Positions 10,002-18,282 are shown, counted from the first letter of the stretch. The stretch is 32,000 bases of DNA from Delftia acidovorans NBRC 14950 (GCF_001598795.1 NZ_BCZP01000011.1:90001-122000), one strand, 5' to 3'. The notes: generated from the sequence alone by a model not told the origin. Translations and numbers: made by a program.

Positions 10002-10005
10002 AGAA

Positions 10006-10033
10006 ATGCCCAGGCAGGGGCTGGCCTGGGCAT
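10006..10033. terminator. Bidirectional hairpin between the convergent DUF3149 gene and slyX
   Basis: Perfect 10-bp stem ATGCCCAGGC / GCCTGGGCAT with an 8-nt loop. On the minus strand it is followed by TTCTT, so it fits a slyX terminator better; there is no T-run on the plus strand. Confidence 0.5.
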
Positions 10034-10056
10034 TCGCACGCAGCAGCCCTGCGCAC

Positions 10057-10314
10057 TCAATAGTGAGGGGGCAGCTCGTCGCGCAGATTGGTCGCGCCGC
10101 CGGCGGGTCCGCCTTCGGGCACCCGGCGGCGCAGGTCGCGCAGCTCGTCAAGCAGCCGTTCGATCTGCTGCTGCTGGCGGTAGATGGTCAGGTTCAGCTG
10201 CTCCAGCAGGTCTTCGGTGTAGCTGGCCTTGATCTCCAGCTCCATCACGCGCGCCTGCAGGGCATCGGCGTCTGCGTGCCCGCCGCCATGTTCTGCGTCG
10301 TCAGCCACGCTCAT
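10057..10314 (-). CDS. slyX: SlyX family protein
   Basis: An 85-aa coiled-coil protein: LQARVMELEIKASYTEDLLEQLNLTIYRQQQQIERLLDELRDLRRR matches the SlyX pattern. The ATG overlaps the upstream aminotransferase stop (ATGA at 10311-10314). Confidence 0.75.
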   Translation of the reverse strand: MSVADDAEHGGGHADADALQARVMELEIKASYTEDLLEQLNLTIYRQQQQIERLLDELRDLRRRVPEGGPAGGATNLRDELPPHY

Positions 10315-11507
10315 GCCTTGAGCGCCTGGGCCAGGCGGGCGATGCCTTCGCGGATCTTGTCCTCGTCAGCCGTGGCGAACGAGAGGCGGAAGCTGGTGGC
10401 ATCGGGGTTTTGCGCAAAGAACGGCGCACCCGGCACAAAGGCCACGCCCTGGGCAATGGCCCGCTTGGCCAGCTCACCGGCATCGGCCAGCGCGCCGCCC
10501 TTGCCGGTCAGGCGCACCCACAGGAACAGGCCGCCCTGGGGCTGCAGAAATTCCACGGCATCGCCGAGGTGCTCGCGCAGCGCATCGCCCATGGCCTTGG
10601 CACGGCGCGCGTAGACCTCGCGCACATGGGCCAGGGTGGCGGGCATGGCGCCGGACTTCAGGTACTGCGCGGCCGTGGCCTGGGCAAAGGTGCTGGTGTG
10701 GGCATCGCTGAACTGCTTGCACATCACGGCGCGGCCCAGCAGCTCGGCCGGGGCCACCAGCCAGCCAATGCGCAGGCCGGGGCTGAGCACCTTGCTCAGC
10801 GAGCCGCAGTGCGCCAGCCAGTCGCGGCTGCCGGGCACCTCGCTGGACAGCGCCAGCAGGCTGGGCGGAGGCGCTTCGCCAAAATACAGGTCGCCGTAGG
10901 GATCGTCCTCCACCACCAGGGTCTGGTACTTGACGGCCAGCTCCAGCACCTTCTTGCGGCGCTCCAGGCTCAGCATGGCGCCGCTGGGGTTGCCGAAGGT
11001 GGGGATCAGGTAGACCAGCTTGGGGCGGTGCTCGGCAATGAGTTGCTCCAGCGCATCGACCTGGGCGCCTTCGGCATCGATGGGCGCGCTGATGACTTCG
11101 GCGCCGTACAGGCGGAAGCACTGGATGGTGGCCAGGAAGGTCGGGCCTTCGACGATGACCTTGTCGCCGGGGTTGATCATGGTCTTGCCCAGCAGGTCCA
11201 GCGCCTGCTGGCTGCCCGTGGTCACCACCAGTTGCTCGGGGGCCAGCTCGCGCACGCCCTTGGCGGCCATGAAGGCGGCGATCTGCTCGCGCAGCGGCTG
11301 GTAGCCCTCGGTCGCACCGTACTGCAGCGCGGCGCCCGGCTCCTGCTGCAGCGCAGCCTGGGAGGCGGCGCTGATGCCGGCCACATCGAACATGGCGCTG
11401 TCCGGGAAACCACCCGCAAAGCTGATGATGCCGGGCTTGCCCAGCAGCTTGAACAGCTCGCGGATGGCGGAGGTTTCTACGTTGTTCAGACGGTCGGCGA
11501 ATTGCAT
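10311..11507 (-). CDS. PLP-dependent aminotransferase, class I/II (COG1167/ARO8-type, 2-aminoadipate/aromatic transaminase-like)
   Basis: The start was trimmed to the ATG at 11507 (MQFADRLNNVETSAIRELFKLL...). The PLP-lysine motif is CGSLSKVLSPGLRIGW, with IPTFGNPSG also present. The track's 5' extension overlaps the upstream Bug gene. Confidence 0.85.
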   Translation of the reverse strand: MQFADRLNNVETSAIRELFKLLGKPGIISFAGGFPDSAMFDVAGISAASQAALQQEPGAALQYGATEGYQPLREQIAAFMAAKGVRELAPEQLVVTTGSQQALDLLGKTMINPGDKVIVEGPTFLATIQCFRLYGAEVISAPIDAEGAQVDALEQLIAEHRPKLVYLIPTFGNPSGAMLSLERRKKVLELAVKYQTLVVEDDPYGDLYFGEAPPPSLLALSSEVPGSRDWLAHCGSLSKVLSPGLRIGWLVAPAELLGRAVMCKQFSDAHTSTFAQATAAQYLKSGAMPATLAHVREVYARRAKAMGDALREHLGDAVEFLQPQGGLFLWVRLTGKGGALADAGELAKRAIAQGVAFVPGAPFFAQNPDATSFRLSFATADEDKIREGIARLAQALKA

Positions 11508-11644
11508 GGGCAGGAGTCTCTTTGTCGGTGCAATGAAAAGGCGAAGCCTGCATTGTCGCCAATCCTGCCGCAGCTTTCCTGCACGATTAGAAGCCCCCTG
11601 AGTCGCTTCGCGCCTTCCCCCTCTCTCCCGGAAGGCAGCTGCGC

Positions 11645-12631
11645 TCAATCCACCTTGATGTCGGCTCTGGCGGCCACGGCGCGCATTTGCGGCAGTTCGC
11701 GCTCTATGCGCTCCTGCAGCGCGCTGGCCGGACCCCATGCGGGCGACAGGCCGATGTCCACCAGCTTCTTCTTCATGGCCGGCTCGGCCATGGCGTCGGC
11801 CAGCGCCTTTTCCAGCTTCTTCTGGATGGGTGCGGGCAGGCCGGCCGGGGCGAGGAAGGCAAACCAGGTGTCCATGGCAAAGCCCGGGTAGCCGCTTTCG
11901 GCCACGGTGGGCACCTGGGGCAGCAGGGCCAGGCGCTGCGGGCCCAGGGCTGCGATGGGACGGATCTTGCCGGCCTTGATCAGCGGCGTGGTGGCCACCA
12001 CCGTGTCCACGGCCACCTGCACCTGGCCGCCCATCAGCGCGGTGAGGCTGGGCGAGCTGCCATTGAAGGGCACATGCACCATGCGCATACCCGTGGCGGT
12101 CTTGAGCATTTCGCCGCCGAAGTGCACCGAGGATCCCGTGCCGAAGGAACCGTAGGAGAGCTTATCGGGGTCGGCCTTGGCCAGGGCCACGAGTTCGGGC
12201 AGCGTGCGTGCAGGCGTTTCGTTATGGGCCACCAGCACCAGGCCCATGTCGGCCACCAGCCCCAGCGGCGTGAAGCTGCGCAGCGGGTCATAGGGCAGCG
12301 GGTTGCGGATGGCGGGGTTGAGCGTCAGCGTGGTGCTGGCGCCCAGCAGCAGCGTGTAGCCGTCGGGCGGCGCCTTGGCCACCAGCGCGCCCGCCACCAC
12401 CGTGCCTGCACCGGGGCGGTTTTCCACGACCACGGGCTGGCCCAGCCGTTCACCCAGCGAAGTGGCCAGCAGCCGGCCCAGGATGTCGGTGGCGCCGCCC
12501 GGCGCAAACGGCACGACCAGCTTGATCGGACGATCCGGGTAGGACTGGGGCTGGGCTTTGGCTGCGGGCAGCGCAAGTGCCGTGGCACTGGCCATCAGAC
12601 ACGACAGAAAACGGGAACGGGACAAGGCCAT
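11645..12631 (-). CDS. Bug-family (TctC-like) substrate-binding protein
   Basis: Signal peptide ...ALPAAKAQPQSYPDRPIKLVVPFAPGGATDILGRLL, then VVENRPGAGT. AGGAGA lies upstream of the ATG. Confidence 0.85.
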   Translation of the reverse strand: MALSRSRFLSCLMASATALALPAAKAQPQSYPDRPIKLVVPFAPGGATDILGRLLATSLGERLGQPVVVENRPGAGTVVAGALVAKAPPDGYTLLLGASTTLTLNPAIRNPLPYDPLRSFTPLGLVADMGLVLVAHNETPARTLPELVALAKADPDKLSYGSFGTGSSVHFGGEMLKTATGMRMVHVPFNGSSPSLTALMGGQVQVAVDTVVATTPLIKAGKIRPIAALGPQRLALLPQVPTVAESGYPGFAMDTWFAFLAPAGLPAPIQKKLEKALADAMAEPAMKKKLVDIGLSPAWGPASALQERIERELPQMRAVAARADIKVD

Positions 12632-12690
12632 GGCGCGGATCTCCTGGGGGACGAGGGAACGGGAACCTGGGAAAACTCGATGCAGCGGTT

Positions 12691-14178
12691 TCAGTCGAGC
12701 AGCGGGCTGCGCACGCGCGAGAAGCCGCCGGCCTGGTCATAGGCATGGCCGATCTGCAGCACGGCCAGATCGGCCTGTGCCGGGCCGATGATCTGCAGCC
12801 CGGCAGGCAGCCCCTGCGGCCCGAAGCCTGCGGGCGCGGCCAGGGCCGGCAAGCCGGCCATGGTGGCGGGCACCACGGTCTGCATCCAGCGGTGGTAGGT
12901 GTCCATCTCGCGGCCGCCCACGGCATGCGGCCAGTCCAGCGCCGCATCGAACGGGAAGACCTGGGCTGAGGGCAGCACCAGAAAGTCGTAGCTGTCGAAC
13001 AGGCGGCGCAGGGCTTCGTACCAGGCCGAGCGCACACGCGCCGCGTCATAGACCGCCATGGCCGGCAGCGCCAGGCCGCGCTCGATTTCCCAGAGGGCCT
13101 CGGGCTTGAGCAGGGCATGCGTGACCGGGTCGCGGTACAGGGCGGCGTTGGCCCCGGCCACGCTGAAGCTGCGCAGGTCGATCCAGGCGCGCCACAGGCG
13201 CTCGAAGTCAAAGGCCGGCACGGCCTCTTCCACCGTGCAGCCGATGGTCTTGAAATGCTGCAGCGCCGCGCGGCAGGTCTCCAGCAGGCCGGGCTCGGTG
13301 GGCAGGTGCCCGCCCAGGTCCCCCAGCCAGCCGATGCGCAGGCCCTTGCAGTCGCGCTGCAGTTGCGCGGTCCAGTCCTTGGGCGGCTCGCTGCGGCGGG
13401 TCAGCGGCAGGCGTGCATCAAAGCCTGCCTGCACGGACAGCAGCAGGGCCAGGTCGGGAATGTCCCGCGCCATGGGGCCGGCCACGCTGAACTGCTGGAA
13501 GAACACCTCTTCCGAAGGGCCATGCGGCACGCAGCCCACCGAGGTGCGCAATCCATAGACATGGTTGAAGGCGGCCGGCGTGCGCAGCGAGCCCATCATG
13601 TCCGAGCCATCGGCCACGGGCAGCATGCGCAGCGCCACGGCCACGCCGGCCCCGCCGCTGCTGCCGCCAGCGGAGCGCGAAGGATCGAAGGCATTGCGCG
13701 TGGTCCCGTAGACCGGGTTGTAGGTATGGCCGCCCAGGCCGAACTCGGGCGAATTGCTGCGCGCCACAAACAGCGCACCGCCTGCGCGCATGCGCTCGAA
13801 CACCACGCAATCGGTCTGCGAGACCTGGCCCGCGAAGATGGGTGATCCCTTGGTCGTCACCATGCCGGCCGCCGGCATGATGTCCTTGGGTGCCTGGGGA
13901 AAGCCGTGCAGCGGCCCCAGGCTCTGGCCGCGCGCCAGCAGCGTGTCCAGCTCGCGGGAGCGGCCGCGCAGCCAGTCCCGGTCCAGCGGAGACACCAGCG
14001 CGTTGACCACGGGGTTGAGACGGTCGATCTGTGCGCAGTAGGCATCCAGCACCTCCACGCAGGACAGATCGCGGCCCTGGATGGCCTTTGACAGCGCGAC
14101 CGCCGACATCTCCACGACGCCGCCACCCCCGGTGGCCAGATCCGGCTGCTGCGTTGCGGTGCTTGCGTTTGACTCCAT
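12691..14178 (-). CDS. Amidase-signature family amidase
   Basis: It has the amidase-signature Gly/Ser-rich block GGSSGGAGVAVA preceded by PKDIM...TTKGS. GAGGA sits 5 nt upstream of the ATG at 14178. It is 60 nt upstream of, and co-directional with, a Bug gene. Confidence 0.85.
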   Translation of the reverse strand: MESNASTATQQPDLATGGGGVVEMSAVALSKAIQGRDLSCVEVLDAYCAQIDRLNPVVNALVSPLDRDWLRGRSRELDTLLARGQSLGPLHGFPQAPKDIMPAAGMVTTKGSPIFAGQVSQTDCVVFERMRAGGALFVARSNSPEFGLGGHTYNPVYGTTRNAFDPSRSAGGSSGGAGVAVALRMLPVADGSDMMGSLRTPAAFNHVYGLRTSVGCVPHGPSEEVFFQQFSVAGPMARDIPDLALLLSVQAGFDARLPLTRRSEPPKDWTAQLQRDCKGLRIGWLGDLGGHLPTEPGLLETCRAALQHFKTIGCTVEEAVPAFDFERLWRAWIDLRSFSVAGANAALYRDPVTHALLKPEALWEIERGLALPAMAVYDAARVRSAWYEALRRLFDSYDFLVLPSAQVFPFDAALDWPHAVGGREMDTYHRWMQTVVPATMAGLPALAAPAGFGPQGLPAGLQIIGPAQADLAVLQIGHAYDQAGGFSRVRSPLLD

Positions 14179-14293
14179 GGATTTCCTCGTTTTTGTGACA
14201 GAACGAAGTCAGCATAAGCAGGCGAAACTATTTCGACAATCGCCTTTTTCTTGGCTTATCGTTGCGTTTTTCGCAAACCATGAGCAGGCAACC
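14179..14293. promoter_or_regulatory. AT-richer divergent promoter region (amidase <> LysR) with nested inverted repeats and a T-N11-A dyad
   Basis: Read directly:
- ATAAGCAGGCGA (14214-14225) pairs with TCGCCT (14240-14245) and GCTTAT (14254-14259).
- TTGCG-N5-CGCAA at 14262-14276 contains a T-N11-A core 18 nt upstream of the LysR ATG. Confidence 0.4.
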
Positions 14294-15202
14294 ATGCTTT
14301 CCAACCGCCTACAGGACACGGCCCTGCGCTACTTTCTCGAAGTAGTGCGCAGCGGCTCGGTCAGCGAAGCCGCCACGCGGCTCAATGTCTCGCCCTCGGC
14401 CGTGAGCCGCCAGGTCGCCGGACTGGAAGAGATGCTGGGCGTGCCGCTGTTCGAGCGCCGCCCGCGCGGCATGGCGCCCAGCCCGGCAGGCGAGCTGCTG
14501 GCCGCCCACGCACGCCGCGGTGCGCTGGAGGCCGACCGTGTGGTCTCCGACATCGAGGCCCTGCAGGGCCTGCGCCGGGGCGTGGTGCGCGTGTGCAGTT
14601 CGGGCGGCTTTGCCATCGAGTTCCTGCCACGCGCCATGGCGCTTTTCCGCGAACAGTACCCGGGCATGCAGTTCCACCTGCGTGTGGAGGCGCCTGCCGC
14701 CGTGACCCAGGCCGTGCTGGGCGGCGAGGCCGATGTGGGCCTGACCTACAGCCGCGCGGCGGCACGTGACATCGAGGTCTGGCACCGCCAGGTCTCGCCC
14801 GTGGTCGCCATCATGCGGCCCGACCATGCGCTGGCCCGGCATGCCAGCATCACCCTGGCCCAGATGCATCCCCATGCCATTGCCCTGCCCGAGGACGCCA
14901 ACACCGCGCGCCAGCTGTTCGACATCGCCTGCAGCCACCGCCGCCTGGTGTTCGAGCCCGCCCTGGTCAGCGGCCAGTTCGAGACCCTGGTGCACTTCGT
15001 GCTGCACGGCGGCGGACTGTCGCTGGGCGGTGAGGTCACCATGCGCGAGCGCGTGCGCCGAGGCGAGCTGCATGCGGCGCCCATCCGCGAGCGCGGCATG
15101 AATGCGCGCGCCATCGAGCTGCAGACGCTGTCCGGACGCACCCTGTCCAAGGGCGTGCGAGCATTTGTGGAGCACCTGCGGGAACTGCTGCCGCCTGGGT
15201 AG
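14294..15202 (+). CDS. LysR-family transcriptional regulator
   Basis: The start was trimmed to the ATG at 14294 (MLSNRLQDTALRYFLEVVRSGSVSEAATRLNVSPSAVSRQVAGLEEMLGVPLFERRPRG). It is divergent from the amidase-Bug genes. Confidence 0.85.
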   Translation: MLSNRLQDTALRYFLEVVRSGSVSEAATRLNVSPSAVSRQVAGLEEMLGVPLFERRPRGMAPSPAGELLAAHARRGALEADRVVSDIEALQGLRRGVVRVCSSGGFAIEFLPRAMALFREQYPGMQFHLRVEAPAAVTQAVLGGEADVGLTYSRAAARDIEVWHRQVSPVVAIMRPDHALARHASITLAQMHPHAIALPEDANTARQLFDIACSHRRLVFEPALVSGQFETLVHFVLHGGGLSLGGEVTMRERVRRGELHAAPIRERGMNARAIELQTLSGRTLSKGVRAFVEHLRELLPPG

Positions 15203-15239
15203 GAGGAAGAGGAGAAGGGAGAAGGGAGAAGAGGGGGAA
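15201..15239 (+). repeat. 39-nt uninterrupted homopurine tract with imperfect GAAGGGA heptad periodicity
   Basis: Read directly: aggaggaagaggagaagggagaagggagaagagggggaa. It begins inside the LysR stop codon and fills most of the 63-nt gap between two convergent genes. Confidence 0.9.
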
Positions 15240-15265
15240 CGGGTCTCAAGCGCAGCGGCAGGCGC

Positions 15266-16339
15266 TCAGGCCGGCCCGCCTTCCAGCTGGCGCTGCGCCC
15301 AATGCCACTGCGCCCGGCGTGTGGCCTGCCGCAGCCGCTGTGCCAGCGCCTGGCGCTCAGGCAGGCCGGGCAGGTACTCGGCCATCTGCACGCCGCGCAG
15401 TCCCAGCTCCAGCAGCTCGATCTGCTCGGAGCTGTTGCCCGTGCACAGCACCATGCCCATCGGCGTGTTCTCGCCCTGCTCATGCTCATGCCGGTCCAGC
15501 CAGCGCAGGTATTGCTCCATCTGCTCCTTGTCCTCGGCCGTGAATTCGCCCACCTTCAGCTCCACCGCCACCAGCCGCCGCAGCTTGCGGTTGTAGAACA
15601 ACAGATCGAGGTGGAAGTCCTGCTCATCCATATGCATGTGCATTTGCCGCGCCACCAGGGTGAAGCCCGTGCCCGACCGCAGCAGGAAGGCCTCCATCTC
15701 GCGGATGATGGCGGCCTGCAGGTCGCCCTCCTGCCAGGCATCGTGCAGTCCCAGAAAATCGAAGATGTAGGGATCGCGCATGAACAGCGCTGGCGACATG
15801 CGCTCGGTGCTGCGCGGCGTGACCGGCTCCTGCGCGATCAGCGCCTCGGCATCGCAGGGCAGCGCCAGGCGTTCATAGAGCTGGGAGTCGATGCGGCTGC
15901 GCAGCGTGCGTGCGCTCCAGCGCTCGAGGCTTGCCATGCTGGCGTAGTACTCGCGCTGCACTGGGTCCTTGATCGCAATCAGCACAATGAAATGCGCCCA
16001 GCTCAATTTCCGGGTCGGCGAGATGACCAGGGGCTGGTCGGGAAACGCAGTGGAGAACTGCCTCATGCGCCACAGGTTCTTCTCCGAGAAGCTGCTGCCA
16101 TAGTCCTGGACCAGATGACCGGCCAGCACCGGCAGGACCTCATCGCTGCAGCCTGCCTGCCGCACCTCGGATTCATGGCCATGGATGTGCTGGCCGATGT
16201 GCCAGTACAGCAGGGTGAGTTCACTGTTGACGTTGGCTGCCACGCGAAGCCGCGCGGCCTCGATCAGGTCCCGCACATTGCCCAGCAGGGCCTGTGACGA
16301 TGCGAGCGCGGGAGAAACGGATATCTTGCGAGTGGCCAT
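15266..16339 (-). CDS. YhcG/DUF1016-family PD-(D/E)XK nuclease domain protein
   Basis: The N-terminal region LIEAARLRVAANVNSELTLLYWHIGQHI and SEKNLWRMRQF are YhcG_N-like. The C-terminal nuclease core is FHLDLLFYNRKLRRLVAVELKVGEF (D ... E-x-K). AGGAGG lies upstream of the ATG at 16339. Confidence 0.8.
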   Translation of the reverse strand: MATRKISVSPALASSQALLGNVRDLIEAARLRVAANVNSELTLLYWHIGQHIHGHESEVRQAGCSDEVLPVLAGHLVQDYGSSFSEKNLWRMRQFSTAFPDQPLVISPTRKLSWAHFIVLIAIKDPVQREYYASMASLERWSARTLRSRIDSQLYERLALPCDAEALIAQEPVTPRSTERMSPALFMRDPYIFDFLGLHDAWQEGDLQAAIIREMEAFLLRSGTGFTLVARQMHMHMDEQDFHLDLLFYNRKLRRLVAVELKVGEFTAEDKEQMEQYLRWLDRHEHEQGENTPMGMVLCTGNSSEQIELLELGLRGVQMAEYLPGLPERQALAQRLRQATRRAQWHWAQRQLEGGPA

Positions 16340-16570
16340 GTGGTCGCCCCCCTCCTGGTGGCGTGATGTCTGGATGTCTGGTGTCGGCGGAATCGATCCG
16401 GCCGACTATTGCGATGCGGCCTTGGCCAGTCAACGCCACATCTGCATAACCAGACGATCTGACCCTGGCAGACATGAAAAATCAGAACATTCCTAGACCC
16501 TGTTACGCACTTTCAAATACCCGCGCTTGCATGACAATGCACGCCACATCGATGGATACGCGCCCCCACA

Positions 16571-17224
16571 ATGAAAACCACCAGCATCGAACCCTTCTTC
16601 GCCACGCTCAAGGCCGCCAATCCCTCGCCCCAGACCGAGCTGGAATACACCAACGTCTTCGAGCTGCTGTCTGCCGTGCTGCTCTCGGCCCAGGCCACGG
16701 ACGTGGGCGTGAACAAGGCCACGCGCAAGCTGTTTCCCGTGGCCAATACGCCCCAGGCCATCCTGGACCTGGGACTTGAAGGGCTGGAGGGATACATCAA
16801 GACCATCGGCCTGTACCGCAGCAAGGCCAAACACCTGATGCAGACCTGCCAGATCCTGGTCGAGCGCCACGGCGGCCAGGTGCCGCGCACGCGCGAGGAA
16901 CTGGAAGCCCTGCCCGGCGTGGGACGCAAGACGGCCAACGTGGTCCTGAACGTGGCCTTTGGCGAGCCCACCATGGCCGTGGACACGCACATCTTCCGCG
17001 TGGGCAACCGCACGGGCCTGGCACCGGGCAAGACGCCGCTGGCCGTGGAGATGCAGTTGATGAAGCGCGTGCCCCCGGCCTATGCCGTGGACTCGCACCA
17101 CTGGCTCATCCTGCTGGGCCGCTACGTCTGCCAGGCCCGCAAGCCACGCTGCTGGGAGTGCGTGGTGGCGTCGTACTGCGACTACTCGCCCAAGACGCCT
17201 GCCCCGGCTGCGGGCAAGCGCTGA
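16571..17224 (+). CDS. nth: Endonuclease III (DNA-(apurinic or apyrimidinic site) lyase / thymine glycol glycosylase)
   Basis: It has the HhH-GPD motif LPGVGRKTANVVL, the catalytic region AVDTHIFRV, and the 4Fe-4S loop C-x6-C-x2-C-x5-C (CQARKPRCWECVVASYC). Confidence 0.95.
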   Translation: MKTTSIEPFFATLKAANPSPQTELEYTNVFELLSAVLLSAQATDVGVNKATRKLFPVANTPQAILDLGLEGLEGYIKTIGLYRSKAKHLMQTCQILVERHGGQVPRTREELEALPGVGRKTANVVLNVAFGEPTMAVDTHIFRVGNRTGLAPGKTPLAVEMQLMKRVPPAYAVDSHHWLILLGRYVCQARKPRCWECVVASYCDYSPKTPAPAAGKR

Positions 17225-17227
17225 GCC

Positions 17228-18235
17228 TCAATCGGCCTTGAACCCCGTGGCCGCCACGGCCTTGCCCCAGGTGACCGTGTCGGCGCGCATGATGCGGGCG
17301 AGTTCGTCGCCCGTGGTGCCCGTCACGCGGAAACCCGCCTCCTCCAGCCGGCTGCGGCTGTCGGGCTGCTGCAGGGCGCGCACGATGTCGGCCTGCAGCC
17401 TGGCCACGATCTCGGGCGGTGTCTTGGCGGGCGCGACCACGCCGAACCAGGAATTGAACTCCAGCGACGGATAGCCCTGCTCCCGGATGGTGGGCAGTTC
17501 GGGCATGGACTGGGTGCGCGTGGCGCCCGTGCTGCCCAGGGCCGTGAGCTTGCCTGCCTTGACCTGGGGCGCGGCCAGGGCCGCCGTGGCGAAGACGGCC
17601 TGCACGTCGCCGCTGAACAGGCCGCCCAGGGCATCGTTGGTGTTCTTGTAGTGCACGGGCTCGGGCTTGAGCTGCACGGCATTGCCGAACATGAAGGCGC
17701 CGAAGTGGCCGGGCGTGCCGGCGCCGAAGGTGGCGATGAACAGCTCCTTGCGCTGGCGCGCCCAGGCCACGAAATCGGGCACATTGCGGGCCGGCACTTT
17801 CTGCGGATTGACCAGCAGCACGAAGTCGGAGGTGACGACCTGGCTGACGGGCACAAAGTCCTTTTGCGGGTCGTAGGGCAGGCGCTGGTAGGTGTTGGGC
17901 GCAATGCTGAGCTGGCCGGTCTCGCCCAGCATCAGCGTGTAGCCGTCAGGCACGGCGCGTGCCGCCTCGCTGGCGGCGATGAGGCCGCCAGCGCCCGGCT
18001 TGTTGTCCACGACCACGCCCAGGTTGCCCCATTGCTCGGAGAGTTTCTGCGCGAGCAGGCGCGCCACGATGTCCGGCCCCGTTCCCGCAGGAAAGCCGAC
18101 GAGCAGGCGCACGGGCTTGCTCGGAAAGGCCGGCTGGGCGCCGACCACGGTCCAGGGAGCCAGCCCGGTGGCCAGCACGGCGGCAAGTGCGCAGGCCACG
18201 GCGGTGCGGCGCGACTTCGATGCCTGGTTTTTCAT
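17228..18235 (-). CDS. Bug-family (TctC-like) substrate-binding protein
   Basis: The ATG at 18235 (MKNQASKSRR...) is preceded by AGGAGA at about 8 nt. Motifs: AQPAFPSKPVRLLVGFPAGTGPDIVARLL and VVDNKPGAGG. Its stop lies 3 nt from the convergent nth stop. Confidence 0.85.
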   Translation of the reverse strand: MKNQASKSRRTAVACALAAVLATGLAPWTVVGAQPAFPSKPVRLLVGFPAGTGPDIVARLLAQKLSEQWGNLGVVVDNKPGAGGLIAASEAARAVPDGYTLMLGETGQLSIAPNTYQRLPYDPQKDFVPVSQVVTSDFVLLVNPQKVPARNVPDFVAWARQRKELFIATFGAGTPGHFGAFMFGNAVQLKPEPVHYKNTNDALGGLFSGDVQAVFATAALAAPQVKAGKLTALGSTGATRTQSMPELPTIREQGYPSLEFNSWFGVVAPAKTPPEIVARLQADIVRALQQPDSRSRLEEAGFRVTGTTGDELARIMRADTVTWGKAVAATGFKAD

Positions 18236-18282
18236 GTGTCTTGTCTCCTGCATTGTGGGTATCGAGAGGGGAAAGGCGCGGC

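Noticed and set aside
9699-10151. 150-aa minus-strand ORF covering the DUF3149 microprotein and slyX 3' end
   Set aside because: It would overlap slyX in another frame and run through the strong hairpin at 10006-10033. It has no motif or ribosome-binding site. The plus-strand microprotein with AGGAGG is the better explanation.
11560-11644. Hairpins (GCCTTCC-N11-GGAAGGC and others) between the Bug gene and the aminotransferase as a terminator
   Set aside because: The stems are short, the loops are long and no T-run follows. I cannot tell whether the aminotransferase-slyX pair is a separate transcription unit from amidase-Bug.
11508-11738. Long 5' extensions of track ORFs (for example 11508-11738, 14081-14293, 5920-6171, 20716-20898, 25270-25506, 29837-30454, 1529-1588)
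   Set aside because: The extensions overlap upstream genes or promoters, are Arg/Ala/Pro-rich, and precede internal starts that give canonical family N-termini, often with an SD sequence or an ATGA coupling.
16474-16779. 101-aa ORF starting in the DUF1016-nth spacer and running into nth out of frame
   Set aside because: It overlaps the unmistakable nth frame and its product is low-complexity. It most likely only reflects the AT-richer spacer supplying an ATG.
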